Source: Basidiobolus ranarum (lineage: Eukaryota). Taken from it: a stretch of 54,911 nt of DNA. The stretch lies in the NCBI GenBank assembly GCA_040143965.1, contig JASJQH010000012.1, forward strand, positions 1-54,911, read 5' to 3'. The position numbers were made by a program, and so were the translations under genes. The notes under the pieces are model-generated. The model ran no database searches. It saw only the letters and a program-made list of their open reading frames with translations, and was not told the origin of the DNA. Shown in pieces: positions 53,629 to 54,911 of the stretch (the first letter of the stretch is position 1; the number at the start of each line of letters is the position of its first letter).

Positions 53629-54605
53629 ACACACAGTTTCATCGAGCTGGAATACTTGTACCTCCCATCTACAATAAACTTGTGAAATCACAGCGAAATA
53701 TTACCTTTCACCATACAAATATGTATACCTAATTCTATTTTAGATCAACTCGTTTAATGGATGGATGAATGTTATTATAGATTACATTGTTTTAGATTCT
53801 GAAGCTACTTTCGGTAACTTCAATGTATTCGTGTTATTCTATTTCCTTTACATATGTTAGGAGATATTTGTTATCTGTAGTATATATATATTTCTAATTA
53901 GCGTTGATTTTGAATCACCACTGTATGTTCAATTCAAGAATAGTAGCTTTTATTGCTCATAACACCTTACCAAAGACATTCAAATAGGTCATGTGATAGG
54001 GAATAATTCTTTCTATCCATCGTTTATTTACTGACATTCATGTATTTAATTCATACATAAAAAAGTGCGAGTGCCATCTAGGAATACACGCCACTGACTC
54101 CATAGATTATGCACCGGCTCCGTAAAATTGTGTTTATATATGATTTTTAAGCTAAATGCTCGCTATTTGTACAAAATATATATTACTTGCTGCTTATACG
54201 AAATAATGGTTTTTAAACTTACTCTCCACTTCACTAGTTACTAATGGAAAGTTTCAATTATCTCCTGTTGATGGGATAAAAGTAGATCACTTTGCTTTGT
54301 GAGTATTTCGTTGTTGTCGTACTAATGATAATGAGTCGTAGTAACTAAACATTTTAAACTTTACATATGGATAGACTAGTGGGGAAATATATATTTATAT
54401 ATTACTCAACCGATATCGAATCGGGTGTTTATTCCTAATACCTACATTTTATCCGATACACCTTATTTTCATCCGAGAGTTCAGTTAGCATTAGTAAATC
54501 ATCATAGGTGTGACACATCTGATTCCAATATATAATCAAGATGCTTCACAGATATCAAACACATCTTCAGTATTTCTGACTACCTTCCCTACCTATCTTC
54601 TCAAA

Positions 54606-54911
54606 ATGGATGCACAAAAGACCAAGATCTTCATCATCATCTACTCCGTCTACCAACACATCTACAAGATGGCCCTTGCTGTTAAGGAAGGAGTTGAGAA
54701 AGTAGCCGATGTTGAAGTCTCCATTTTCCAAGTCCCAGAGACCCTCTCACAGGATGTTCTCGACAAGATGCATGCACCACCCAAGCCTGACATTCCAGTT
54801 ATCACTCCTGAGCTTATGGAGGAAGCTGATGGCCTTATCTTCGGTGTTCCTACCAGATATGGAGCCATGCCTGGCCAATGGCGCGCATTCTGGGATGCCA
54901 CTGGTGCCTTC
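54606..54911 (+). CDS. Flavodoxin-like NAD(P)H:quinone oxidoreductase (WrbA/Pst2/Ycp4 family), 5' part
   Basis: KIFIIIYSVYQHIYKMA...FQVPETLSQDVLDKMHAPPK...ADGLIFGVPTRYGAMPGQWRAFWDATG. Confidence 0.92.
   Translation, partial: MDAQKTKIFIIIYSVYQHIYKMALAVKEGVEKVADVEVSIFQVPETLSQDVLDKMHAPPKPDIPVITPELMEEADGLIFGVPTRYGAMPGQWRAFWDATGAF

Overview
Eukaryotic, AT-rich, gene-dense nuclear DNA from a fungus, most likely an early-diverging (non-Dikarya) lineage. That placement is inferred from the short GT-AG introns (mostly 50-90 nt), a spermidine synthase not fused to saccharopine dehydrogenase, and a Sin1 with a Ras-binding-like domain. I reconstructed 29 protein-coding genes by manual splicing, two of them truncated by the window edges. 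Most are housekeeping: DLH, SmE, UBC9, SAR1, PEX14, VPS68, BET3, SIN1, SPE3, NAF1, AFG2, TFC1, NDUFS2, PEX5, PFA4, myosin I, RPS19, prolyl oligopeptidase, an Ndt80-like TF, RNR1, YKE4/ZIP7, SART1, MRPL31, RPP1 and a Pst2-like flavoprotein. No transposon, tRNA, rRNA or CRISPR array could be supported. The most notable items are: an 816-aa TM + Lys-rich + long coiled-coil protein built like animal p180/kinectin; a secreted protein with 24 glycines spaced exactly every 4 residues; a prolyl oligopeptidase with an extra upstream exon encoding a mitochondrial-presequence-like extension; an E2F-consensus site (no MCB seen) upstream of RNR1; a myosin I lacking the acidic Arp2/3-binding tail; and a GC-AG intron in SPE3. 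Family calls come from motif recognition only; no database searches were run.
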